A DNA stretch of 64,000 nucleotides from Candidatus Multivoradales bacterium. Its GTDB lineage: Bacteria > Acidobacteriota > Thermoanaerobaculia > Multivoradales > J023. This document shows, piece by piece, positions 49,737 through 59,808 of this stretch. The notes under the pieces are model-generated. The model did no database searches, was not told the origin of the DNA, and was given only the letters and a program-made list of their open reading frames with translations. Positions within the stretch are counted from its first letter, which is position 1. Each line of letters opens with the position of its first letter. The DNA is taken from positions 3,296,001-3,360,000 of the forward strand of contig CBDFLE010000006.1 in the NCBI GenBank assembly GCA_965248925.1. The letters run 5' to 3'. A program made the translations under genes and the position numbers.

Positions 49737-49898
49737 CGGTTTATGGCTTAGAACTCGCCCAGAATAACAGCACCGTCCCGCCTTGCAGCACCGATCTCTC
49801 CAGTGTTCTGGGCGAAGACACGAAGACCAGTAAGGCGGCACAGCTCTTCACCATCAACTTCGGCGCCCCCAAGGACTTTGCTGAGGGCCAATTCAGAA

Positions 49899-52800
49899 AT
49901 GAACCAGCTACCAGCCTCCCATTCGTCTCGCTTCTGGAGCCCCGTTCGCGCTCTCATCGAAACGCTCTTCTCGACCCTCCTATCAGCATGCCCTAGCGCC
50001 GCCACGGTGCTCGGTGCTCGGTCTCGGTTGACCGTGCTCGCAGTGATGGGCGCCCTGGTCACCACCTCGGGCGCCCAAGCGGCGGAGGTGCCTCTCGGCA
50101 AGCTCACGGTGGATGGCGCGTTTTTCGGTGCGGTCTCGGTCCACGCCGCGGATGTGGATGGCGACGGAGATACAGACATTCTCGGCGCGGCAACCACTGC
50201 CGATGCCATCACATGGTGGGAGAACACGGCAGGCGACGGATCTGCTTGGACTGAGCACTCGGTCGATGACGCCTTTGACGGTGCGTTTTCGGTGTATGCG
50301 ATGGATGTGGACGGCGACGGAGATACAGACATCCTCGGTGCGGCGTTTCTCTCTGCCGATGTCACGTGGTGGGAGAACTTGGCGGGTGACGGGTCCTCAT
50401 GGAATGAGCACACGGCCGATTTTGCCTTCGGTGGCGCGAGCTCGGTGTACGCGGCGGATCTCGACGGCGACGGAGATAACGACATCCTCGGAGCAGCACG
50501 AAATGATGGTGACATCGCCTGGTACGAGAACGAGACCATCCATCGCAGCGCGGTGCATCCAGTAGAGCACACGGTGGATGGTGCGTTTGATTTCGTGAGC
50601 TCGGTGTACGCGGCGGACGTGGACGGCGACGGCGATACCGACATCCTCGGCGCCGCACAGGTGGGCGATGACATCAAGTGGTGGGAGAACACAGCCGGAG
50701 ACGCCTCCGCATGGACAGAGCACACGGTGGATGGCGATTTCGACGGTGCGCGGTCGGTGTACGCGGCGGATGTAGACGGTGACGGCGATACCGACATCCT
50801 GGGCGCGGCGTTGTTTGCCGATGACATCACCTGGTGGGAGAACCAAGGCGGTCAATTCGCTCTGCCGACTGCCGACATTGCACCAGTGCACGTGATCAAT
50901 GGCACGACGGTCGCCGCGCTCGAAATCGACGCTGTCCACCGCGGTCGCACTGGCGATCAGGACGCCGAGCTAGTGACCTTGGAGTTGCTCTTGGAGGACA
51001 GCACGGCGGCGCCCCTGACCGGGGCCCAGGCCGACGCACTCCTGGTCGAGCTAACGATCTACCTCGACGACGGCTCGGGGGCCTTGGAGCCGGGGACAGA
51101 CACTGCGGTCGAGACGATCTCCAGCTTCGCCCTCACCGCCGGGATTCTGACGGTGAGCTTCGCCGATGCAGATCCCAGCGTGCAAATCCCCTTCGCTGCT
51201 TCCAAGAAGTATTTTGTCGGTCTAACCTTCGAGACGGGAGCCTCGGCGGCGACGCCCGCCGACATCCGGGTGACTCACGTCACCGAAGCATCGAGCACCG
51301 GCGAGGACGCCGATCACGACCTACCGATCGTGTTGGAATTCTCGTCGAATACGGCATCCACCCTCGTCGAGGTCAACGACGCGGCGGTGGCCCTGAGCGA
51401 CGTGGCTGCGATGTTCGAAGACGGCTCAGTCGTCGGCAACGTGCTCGACGGCACCTTGGGGGGACTCGATTCCGATGAGGAGAACGACCCATTGACCGCC
51501 TTGCTGGTAAGCGGTCCGTCAAGCGGCGTGCTGGTTGGGGGTCTGGCCGCGAACGGTACTTTCACCTACCAGCCCAATGCCGATTTCAATGGCGTCGACG
51601 TCTTTACCTACGCCGTCTCCGACGGCTTCGAGGACGTCAATTCCGCCTCGGTGACGATCACTGTTGGCGCGGTGAACGACGCACCGAGCTTTGCGATCAC
51701 ACCGTCGGTGATGGTGGATCAAGATCTCGGGCCGCAGACCATCGCGAGTTTCGCGACCAGCGTCAGCCCGGGTCCGGCCGACGAGGCAGGCCAGAGCTTG
51801 ACCTTCAACGTCACCGGCAACACCAATGCGGCGCTGTTCAGCGCTGGCCCGCTGCTGGCGAGCGACGGCACGCTGACCTTCACTTCGGCACCGTCGGCGG
51901 TCGGTATCGCTATCCTCACCGTCGAGCTGATGGACGACGGCGGCTTGGCCAATGGCGGGGTCGATACCAGCGCAGCACTAGACTTCGAGATCGAGATCGC
52001 CGATGGGATTGCTCCCGAAGTCGTTGCGCTCGCAGCCGCATCGGGGGGCGTGGTCGAAGACTGCGCCGAGCTGGCCGGCTTCACCGCTGCTTTGATCGTT
52101 GGCTTCAGCGAACCGATGGCCGATCCACTGGGCGACAGCGATCCCGAGGACGTCACAAATCCGCTCAACTACCAACTGATCGGTTCGGGTCCGGACAACG
52201 ACCTGTCGACCCTAGGCTGCAACGCCTTAGCGGCTGACGATGTGCCGATGCCGCCAGCTGGCGTGACGTTTGATGCGGTCACCAACGAAGCGACGGTGGC
52301 TTTCGCGCCGAGTCTGGACGATGGCATCTACCACCTGTTCGTTTGCGCCACGCTCGAGGACCCGACCGGCAATCCACTGCCGGGCGAGATTGCGGTCACC
52401 TTCCGCCAGAGCGCCACCAACGTGTTCCGCAACGGCTGGGTTGACTGCGATCTTCGCGACTGGGCCCTAGCCAGCACGGTGCCAGAGGAGATTGAACACA
52501 GCTCCAAAGATGTCGACGACGCCTCGGTCTCGGGCTCGGTGCACATCACCAACCTGAGCGGAACACAATTCAGCGTCGGCCAATGCGTCCACCTGAGCTG
52601 CTCGGCGTTCGAAGTCCAGACCCGTCTGCGAATCGATGGTGCGACGGATGTCAGGGTGGATGTCGCCACGACCTGTGAGTACTTCTCCACTGCCGGCTGT
52701 ACCGGCAACGTCTTGGGGCAAGGAAGCAGCGTGGAGATGTTCGAAGAAACCGCCGGACTGTGGCTGCCGGTGACCAACGCCGCGGATGCTACAGGCGCAC

Positions 52801-52946
52801 GATCCACCTTGTGCAGCTTCGACCTCAGCCTGGTGGAGGGCACGATCTTCGACGCCTACCTCGACCAAATCGCCCTGCCGAGTCTCTTGTTCCAAGACGG
52901 TTTTGAATCCGGCAACACCTCGGCGTGGTCGGCGACCGTGCCGTGA
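49899..52946 (+). CDS. Large surface protein: FG-GAP/VCBS repeats, Ig-like (Big/tandem-95) domains, FQDGFESG tail
   Basis: Five [AM]D[VL]DGDGD.DILGAA...W[WY]EN repeats; G.FTYQPNADFNG.D.FTY; VNDAPSF; C-terminal [14 protein letters not shown]. Start uncertain. Confidence 0.85.
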   Translation: MNQLPASHSSRFWSPVRALIETLFSTLLSACPSAATVLGARSRLTVLAVMGALVTTSGAQAAEVPLGKLTVDGAFFGAVSVHAADVDGDGDTDILGAATTADAITWWENTAGDGSAWTEHSVDDAFDGAFSVYAMDVDGDGDTDILGAAFLSADVTWWENLAGDGSSWNEHTADFAFGGASSVYAADLDGDGDNDILGAARNDGDIAWYENETIHRSAVHPVEHTVDGAFDFVSSVYAADVDGDGDTDILGAAQVGDDIKWWENTAGDASAWTEHTVDGDFDGARSVYAADVDGDGDTDILGAALFADDITWWENQGGQFALPTADIAPVHVINGTTVAALEIDAVHRGRTGDQDAELVTLELLLEDSTAAPLTGAQADALLVELTIYLDDGSGALEPGTDTAVETISSFALTAGILTVSFADADPSVQIPFAASKKYFVGLTFETGASAATPADIRVTHVTEASSTGEDADHDLPIVLEFSSNTASTLVEVNDAAVALSDVAAMFEDGSVVGNVLDGTLGGLDSDEENDPLTALLVSGPSSGVLVGGLAANGTFTYQPNADFNGVDVFTYAVSDGFEDVNSASVTITVGAVNDAPSFAITPSVMVDQDLGPQTIASFATSVSPGPADEAGQSLTFNVTGNTNAALFSAGPLLASDGTLTFTSAPSAVGIAILTVELMDDGGLANGGVDTSAALDFEIEIADGIAPEVVALAAASGGVVEDCAELAGFTAALIVGFSEPMADPLGDSDPEDVTNPLNYQLIGSGPDNDLSTLGCNALAADDVPMPPAGVTFDAVTNEATVAFAPSLDDGIYHLFVCATLEDPTGNPLPGEIAVTFRQSATNVFRNGWVDCDLRDWALASTVPEEIEHSSKDVDDASVSGSVHITNLSGTQFSVGQCVHLSCSAFEVQTRLRIDGATDVRVDVATTCEYFSTAGCTGNVLGQGSSVEMFEETAGLWLPVTNAADATGARSTLCSFDLSLVEGTIFDAYLDQIALPSLLFQDGFESGNTSAWSATVP

Positions 52947-53135
52947 TGAAGAATCCTGGCTTCCTATGGCGGTGTCGGTCCCGATCGCACGGGAATTAAA
53001 CTACGCTGCGGCTGCCCCTGTCTCAAAAAGGGCATGGCATCTGGGAAGATTGGCACCTTGGAAGGTCGCTCGAGCTGGATCGGCGCCTCTCTTCTCGACG
53101 GCTTGACACCGAGTGGACGAAGATGTCTATTCTGC

Positions 53136-53807
53136 TCAGAAGCACTGAAGAAAGATGTGATGTATCTCAATAGGATGATTTTGCTGCTGAAAATGATCGG
53201 AACGATAAACATGCGGCAGAGACTCATCGAAACTTTGAGGACACAGCACTTCAGTCTTCGGAACTAAGAAGTGCTCATCCGACTTGTCTTCGAGGGAGGT
53301 ACGGATCCATGTTGCCCACTGCTCCACAGTCTCTGCTTGCAAATAGCCAATCATTCCGGCCCACGGATGGCTCTTCGCATAGCCACCAGACAAGAAAGAC
53401 CCCAGCCCTTCGCCGCCAAGATATTGTTTGAGATTCGTCTTCGGAGGGTTACACAGTCTTTTTGCTTCGATTTGAAAGCGCGGACGGGGCCTAGGACCGG
53501 CACTCACCAGCTCAATATCAACCCTCAGTCGCCGTTTCCCCTCGCGATCAGAATCGTTCACATGGCGTTCGTCCTGGATCGAAAACCGGTCTGTCCAATC
53601 AGGAGCCTCCGGGTCGTCGAGAAACTCTTCGATCGCTTGGGTGAGCAGCCCAGTGATTGCAGGTTCGGCTCTGCTGCTGAGGTCAAAATGCGAGATCTCT
53701 TGAAACCCTCTACCCAAAAGGGCGTGGACTCTACTTAGAAAATGCCATCGGTAGATCTCTGCATCAGCAGGACGACCGCGGGAACGAAATCGCGAGCGCA
53801 GGCTCAT
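53136..53807 (-). CDS. PD-(D/E)xK nuclease-like protein coupled to the methyltransferase
   Basis: QDE...RVDIEL...FQIEAKRL; ATGA overlap with the MTase stop. Confidence 0.6.
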   Translation of the reverse strand: MSLRSRFRSRGRPADAEIYRWHFLSRVHALLGRGFQEISHFDLSSRAEPAITGLLTQAIEEFLDDPEAPDWTDRFSIQDERHVNDSDREGKRRLRVDIELVSAGPRPRPRFQIEAKRLCNPPKTNLKQYLGGEGLGSFLSGGYAKSHPWAGMIGYLQAETVEQWATWIRTSLEDKSDEHFLVPKTEVLCPQSFDESLPHVYRSDHFQQQNHPIEIHHIFLQCF

Positions 53808-55993
53808 GCGTAGGACGTTTTGGCAACAGAATATTCTTTAGGATCCAAGGCGGCTGAAAGGATCTCGTCGGTATCGCTCATCGCCTGGCTTCGGGTCCAC
53901 CAAAGCCTTTGTTGGGGCTTGAAAATCAGCGTCCGCCCAAGATCGTAAACGAAAAGGTTACGATCGAAGTAAATCCATTGCCGGGTGATGTTCAAATGTT
54001 GTTTTTGAAGGCGTTCCATTTCTCGAGTCACCGGATCGTTCGCCTCGCGAATTTCGATCGGAATGGGTGTATCGTCAGGTCGGAGGATCAGCTCAATCGA
54101 AACGAAACCCTCATGCCGACCACGATAAACCGTCACGTGGTGAGCCGAGCCATCGGCTTTGCCGATGAAGGTGTCCAGCTCCTGGCGCAACATCTCGGCA
54201 TAGCCAGAAAGATCATCGCTAGACGGCCGCCGGGCCGCCGGCTCGCCGAGCTTGCCGTCGGTCAGGGATATGCGAATATGCACAAGATCGTGAATCAACC
54301 AGCGTTCCCGGTCCGATAAACCCAGCAGATCTTCGACCTTGAGATTGAGCCGGTGCTCTAGGTCCAAGAGCGCCTCTGACGGGCCAGCCTGTCGTTGCAA
54401 CGGACTCTCCAGATAGTTCCTGGAGGCCTCCGCCAGCTCTCGATAAAGCTCGCACCACGGCTCAAGCTCACGATCCGTCAATCCGGCCAGCGGAATCGGC
54501 AATTTCTTCAGGGTCCCCAAAGTGCTTAGGTTACCTCTTGAAATCCCTCCTTGAGGAGCAAAGAAGAACTCGAAGTAGGAAACAAAATCTGAGCTGAGAT
54601 AAAGGGCTAGTGCCTTTAAAAGAGGCGATTGAATCGCCGAGCCGGCAATTCCGATTTGGCGCGGAGGAATCGCGATGAATTCATCGGAATACACGGCAAA
54701 GGTACGAGTAGCGCTGACGATGACATGAGGAGGTCGGCAAACGGCCAAGGGCTTTTTGCGGCCCTTGCGAACGAAACATTCTTCCGCTGGGATCACATCG
54801 AGAAAGTAATCCGTCAGTGTGTGAATGTGTCCGACATCCCTGAATCGAGCCGAAATGAGTCTTTTCTTCCCGACAACTTCTGGAATTGGTTCGACGAGTT
54901 CCTTTGTAGCAGCGACCCGTAACTGCATCCCTTCGCCAACGCTTAGACTTTCATCTTTTGCCCAACTCCCGAGATCTTGGAATCGACGTCGTGCCTTTGT
55001 GATCAAGCGGCGATCTCGATCAGTCCCCCACATGGCCACTTTCCAAGGCAGACTGGAGCCAGTCAGCGTGTCCGCCCGATCGATGAGCGAAATCTCGCTA
55101 CTGTTAGGAATCAGATTCCAAACAGCTTTTCGCCGACTCCCGCTAACGGGCCTATTCGCTTCTTGATTGATCACAAAAGGCGAGTAGACCAGCACGGTTT
55201 CGGAAGGCTCTTTAAGCGAGATACGCCCATAGAAAAAGGCGGCGGCGGGCAGCCTGGCTCGGCGAGAAAAAAGAACCTCTCTGAGATTCGTAAAGTTCGC
55301 GACGGTCAGATCGGAAACCGAACCAAAGAAATTCCGACGGAAACTCGGCTTGCGGTCAGACTGTTGCTTGAACAGAGTCATTGCAGGCAGCAACAAACCG
55401 ATTCGACCATCCGTAACCGCTAAATCGAGGACTTTCCAAGCAAAGGCCTCAGCGACTTGTGCTCGATTGATCGGCCGAGCCGACTTGTTCTGGTTCGACC
55501 ACTGTTGGAGCGGCGTCTCGTTATTCGAAGCTGATTGCACGACCCAAGGGGGATTGCCGATGATCCAGTCGTATCGATGCGATCCGGCACCGCTGGCCCA
55601 AGCCGAGGACTCGTCGAAGAAATCGCTTTGATAAACATTGTGATCGTGTAATTTGGGAAGCTTGAAATGAGGTGTGCTCTGAAGGTCTGGCGGGTCGATG
55701 TAATCGAGCATGGTGAGCATCAAGCTCATTTCGGCCACCCGGCAGGCGTCTCCGTCTCGATCGACGCCGAAGATCTGTCGTACCAAAATGTCTCGCAGCT
55801 CGGCCGGTCGCAGTGGGCGTTTTTCTTTGGCCATGCTCTTTTCGATCAAATGCCGATAGCACTGAACGAGAAAAGCGCCGGAACCACAGGACGGGTCGAG
55901 CACTCGCATTCCCGGTTCGAGGGGTTTGTGGTCTTCCATTTCGGTGACCATGAAATTAACCACCGGAACTGGCGTGTAGAAGGCCCCGGATTC
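53804..55993 (-). pseudogene. N6-adenine DNA methyltransferase (Eco57I/type IIG-like), 3' portion after the IS insertion
   Basis: GAFYTP, DPSCGSGAF, GVD, GNPPW, then a target-recognition-like region. Confidence 0.88.
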
Positions 55994-56054
55994 CAGACCT
56001 CCTGACCTACCCCTCCTAACCCTCTGAAAACACAGGACCGCCCCTCAGAGGTGG

Positions 56055-56732
56055 TGCGGACCCAAAACTGTCCGCTTTTTTCGGTGCCGAGGCATGATCG
56101 AGCATGGCACTGACGAGCGAGCACACCGTCCTGTTCCCAGACCACGCCGGGGTCCCCGATGGGGTTGTGGTGATCAACGACCGCTGCCGCCTCCAGCAGA
56201 GGGGCGGCTATCGGGTGGTGGTGGTCAGCGGCATGCCGCTCGCTCACTTCGCTGCCGGCGACAGGACAGGCGAGGCCCACGCGATGGTGAGTCTCGTTGA
56301 ATTGGGCTGGGCACAGCAACGCGAGGTGGCCCTTGCGTTCGCTTGTGATGTGCGGACTGTGCGCCGGAATCAGCGCCGCTTCGAAGAAGGTGGGCTGGCT
56401 GCTCTGGGCCGGCCGCGCGGTTTTCCCCGGGGTCAGTCTCGGGTAGCGCAGGGCCGCCTGGACGCGGTCAACGGCTGGAAGGCCGAGGGTGTGTCGAATC
56501 GCGAGATTGGCCGGCGGCTGGGCATCGATGAGAAGGCCGTTCGCAAGCTCGCCAAGCGCCTGGGCTGGAAAGAGCGGTCGGTAGTGCAGATGACGATGCC
56601 CTTCGAGAGTGCGGACCCAAAACTGTCCGCCTCTGATGAGCAGCAGGTCGACGGCCCCCTGAAAACTGCGGATCTTGCGCTCGACGCTGAGGGTGGCGGT
56701 GACCCAGCGGCTGCGGACCCAAAACTGTCCGC
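56055..56732. repeat. Three identical 21-bp dyad repeats TGCGGACCCAAAACTGTCCGC within the IS
   Basis: Copies at 56055-56075, 56610-56630 and 56712-56732. Confidence 0.92.
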
Positions 56733-58497
56733 TTCTGCGTCCGAGCAAGATCAGGTTCCCCTCTCGCTGGACCTCGATCCAGCGGATCGCGCCAGCGATC
56801 GGCTGCTGGCGAGGCTGGGATTCCTCGATGATGCGGCGCCGATCTTCGGAGCGGCGACCCAGCTACCGGGCGCCGGTGCTCTGCTGGCGATTCCCGCCCT
56901 GGTGGACAGCGGCGTGCTCTCCATCGCGCAGGAGCTGTACGGCAGCATCGGGCCGGCCTTCTATGGGCTGCGCACCACTCTGGTAACCCTGCTGCTGATG
57001 GCACTGTTGCGGGTCAAGCGACCCGAAGGGCTCAAGGAGCGCTCACCCCGGCATTTGGGTCAGCTTCTCGGGCTCGACCGAGCGCCGGAAGTGAAAACCT
57101 TGCGCAACAAGCTCGCTCGGCTGGCCGCGCATGGCCTGGCCGCGGATCTCGGTCGCGCCCTCGCTCAGCGCCGGGTCGCCACCAGGGGCCATGCCATGGG
57201 CTTCCTCTACGTGGACGGGCATGTGCGCGCCTACCACGGTGGCCGAGAGATTCCCAAGACACACGTAGCGCGGATGCGGATCGCGATGCCGGCCACCACC
57301 GACTACTGGGTCAACGATGCTGAGAGCGAGCCTCTCTTCGTGGTCCCCACCGAGGCCAACAAGGGGCTTGCGACGATGCTTCCCCTCATTCTCGAAGAGG
57401 TACGAAAGCTACTCGGAGACCGGCGAGTCACCGTCGTCTTCGACCGTGGGGGTTGGAGCCCGAAGCTGTTTGCGAAGCTCATCGCCAAGAAGTTCGACAT
57501 CCTCACATACCGAAAGGCCCCCTTTCGTCCGGTGCCGTTGAGCAAGTTCGGGCAGATCAAGGACACGATCCACGGGCGGAAGCTCGAGTACCTCCTCGCC
57601 GATCAGCGTATCTACCTCGAGTATGGCCCGAGGAAGAAGCGCAAGCGGCTGTACCTGCGCCAGGTCACCCGCCTCTGCGACAACGGCCACCAGACGTCCA
57701 TCATCACCTCCCGCCGCGACCTCTCCACACTCGAGGTCGCCTACCGCATGTTCGATCGTTGGAGGCAAGAGAACTTCTTCAAATACCTGCGCGAAGAATT
57801 CGCACTCGATGCCCTGGTGGACTATGGCACCGAGCCAGCGGACGCTGCCCGCGATGTGCCGAATCCCGAGCGCGGCAAGATCAATGCAGAGCTGCGCAAA
57901 GCTCACGCACATCTCGAGCAGCTCCGGGCCCACATCGGGATCGCTGCTCTTGAAAACCGCGAGGATCGGCGGCGCACGATGCGCGGATTCAAGATCGCCA
58001 ACGCCGCCATCTCCGCCAGGGTCCGGGCAGCGATAGAGCAGATCACCGAACTCGAGAACCAGCGCGCGACCCTCCCCGTCCGCGTCCCCGTCCAAGAGGT
58101 CGTCGAAGCGGATGTCATCAAGCTGTCCGTCGAGCGCAAGCACCTCACCGATATTCTCAAGATGGTCGCCTACCAGGCCGAAGGTGATCTTCTCCGGCTC
58201 CTATCACCCCACTACCGCCGCACCGAGCAGGAGGGACGCACCCTGATCCAAAGCGCTTTCGCGGCCGGCGGCGATATGGAGGTTACCGACACCGTGCTGC
58301 TCCTTTCCATCGACCCGCTCAGCTCTCCCCACAAGACGGCGGCGATCGCCGCCGTCTGCGAAGAACTCAACGCTACCGCCACCCACTTCCCCGGCACCGA
58401 GCTACGGATGCGGTTCGCGATCAAGAAGGCGCCACCCCGGAGCCTGGCCTTCCCAGGGCCTCGGAACACCTCCGGAGAGGCTCAACCGGACATTTGA
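56104..58497 (+). CDS. DDE transposase with two N-terminal HTH domains
   Basis: HTHs (QREVALAFACDVRTVRR; SNREIGRRLGIDEKAVRK); YVDGH, VFDRGG, RWRQENFFK. Confidence 0.9.
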   Translation: MALTSEHTVLFPDHAGVPDGVVVINDRCRLQQRGGYRVVVVSGMPLAHFAAGDRTGEAHAMVSLVELGWAQQREVALAFACDVRTVRRNQRRFEEGGLAALGRPRGFPRGQSRVAQGRLDAVNGWKAEGVSNREIGRRLGIDEKAVRKLAKRLGWKERSVVQMTMPFESADPKLSASDEQQVDGPLKTADLALDAEGGGDPAAADPKLSASASEQDQVPLSLDLDPADRASDRLLARLGFLDDAAPIFGAATQLPGAGALLAIPALVDSGVLSIAQELYGSIGPAFYGLRTTLVTLLLMALLRVKRPEGLKERSPRHLGQLLGLDRAPEVKTLRNKLARLAAHGLAADLGRALAQRRVATRGHAMGFLYVDGHVRAYHGGREIPKTHVARMRIAMPATTDYWVNDAESEPLFVVPTEANKGLATMLPLILEEVRKLLGDRRVTVVFDRGGWSPKLFAKLIAKKFDILTYRKAPFRPVPLSKFGQIKDTIHGRKLEYLLADQRIYLEYGPRKKRKRLYLRQVTRLCDNGHQTSIITSRRDLSTLEVAYRMFDRWRQENFFKYLREEFALDALVDYGTEPADAARDVPNPERGKINAELRKAHAHLEQLRAHIGIAALENREDRRRTMRGFKIANAAISARVRAAIEQITELENQRATLPVRVPVQEVVEADVIKLSVERKHLTDILKMVAYQAEGDLLRLLSPHYRRTEQEGRTLIQSAFAAGGDMEVTDTVLLLSIDPLSSPHKTAAIAAVCEELNATATHFPGTELRMRFAIKKAPPRSLAFPGPRNTSGEAQPDI

Positions 58498-58522
58498 GAA
58501 AAAGGGTATGTCAGGAGTTCTG

Positions 58523-59457
58523 GATTCGCGGTTGGATCCTTCGATGGCCAAGAATTGCTCGTAGATCGAAGATAGCGTTTCAATTGGAATGTGGGAAAAG
58601 TCGTAAGCCTTGAAATCAAGGTGAAGCTGGTCCGAACGCACCTCGTCACCCAAGAAAACCGCAGCAGTGTCTCTTATCTGCTGCGGTGAGAGCCCCGAGC
58701 CCTGATCCAAAGACAAGGGAAAGATCTCTCCGTTCAGCCATTCATCAACTTTGTTCACCAAATCGCGCAGTGCCGGAATCTCGAGCTGCCTGCCGAAGAT
58801 TTTTTCGTTCTCAATATTCCAGGCACCGAGAAGGCGGTCGGAGAGGATCTCGCGATCACGGAGATATCTCAAATAGACAAGCTTGCCGATGAGTGCATGA
58901 GCCGATTCGCGGGGTACTCCTTCACCATGAAGGCGCTGGCCGACGGCCTCCAGATTGCTCAGAAGACGGTGGTCGACTCTCTTTTCCGGTTGGACCTTAT
59001 CGCCCCAATGCCTCCAAAGCTCGCCGCTATCGATCTGGGTGGCCCGAAAAGCCGCGAGTCGTAGAGAGACCTCATGAAATCCGATCAGGGAGCTCAACAC
59101 TCCAACGCGACTGGCTTCGGTGTCCCCTGGAGTTTCTTGATAGGCAAAGCCGGAGTAGAGGCGAATCCCTTGGGGGGTATGGACAATCAAGAAAGGGACG
59201 GCGCTTTGATTCCAGACTTGCCGGTGGATCGAATCGGCAGCATTTTGACTCTCAGCTCTTGCGACATAGACAATGGGTGTAGCAGAGCATGCAGCCGCCA
59301 GCTCTTTGCTCAGAAGATAGACCCCCTGAAGGGCACAACGCCTCTCAGCGCGACGAAAAGCATGAGCAAAAACCGGTACTTCGTCAAACCGCGGCGCAGG
59401 CAAAAAGCTAGGCGATTCTGCATAATCTAGCGCGGCGATGAGTTCTTGCGTATCCAT
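58523..59457 (-). pseudogene. N6-adenine DNA methyltransferase, 5' portion before the IS insertion
   Basis: LIGKLVYLRYLRDR, LNGEIF, YDFSHIPIETLSSIYEQFL; rejoins in frame as NRES-GAFYTP. Confidence 0.85.
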
Positions 59458-59592
59458 CGTCCTCAGCTTAGCAAGCAGGAGACAACCGGCCAAGTAGAGC
59501 GAGCCAGATTCTGCACAAGTAAGGCGTAAGTCTGAGCGCGCTCGAAGCTCTGCACTTCGGCGGTCATCGTGAACCAGGTACCGAAAGCCCGT

Positions 59593-59804
59593 CAACTAAT
59601 CGGTTCGGGTCCAGACAACGACCTGCCAACCCTGGGCTGCAACGCCCTAGCGGGTGACGATGTCCTGATCCCGGTCGATGTAGTGACCTTTGATGCCCTT
59701 GTCAGCGAGGCGACGGTAACCTTCGCGTCGAGTCTGGGCGACGGCATCTATCGTCTGTTCGTTTGCGATACCCTCGAAGACCCGAGCGGCACCCCGCTGC
59801 CCGG
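59593..59804 (+). repeat. Diverged ~210-bp copy of an internal segment of the FG-GAP surface gene (52173-52384)
   Basis: QLIGSGPDNDLPTLGCNALAGDDV...DGIYRLFVCDTLEDPSG versus QLIGSGPDNDLSTLGCNALAADDV...DGIYHLFVCATLEDPTG. Confidence 0.85.
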
Positions 59805-59808
59805 TGGG

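Larger units (their letters stand above)
55994..58522 (+). mobile_element. Insertion sequence (~2.53 kb) with 19-bp TIRs and target duplication GATTC
   Basis: Left end CAGACCTCCTGACCTACCC versus right-end reverse complement CAGAACTCCTGACATACCC (17/19 match). GATTC at 55989-55993 and 58523-58527. An alternative parse is a 20-bp TIR with an ATT duplication. Confidence 0.92.

Noticed and set aside
55846-56748. Antisense ORF with three GQFWVR repeats
   Set aside because: Explained by the 21-bp DNA repeats; it crosses the IS boundary and has no recognisable domain.
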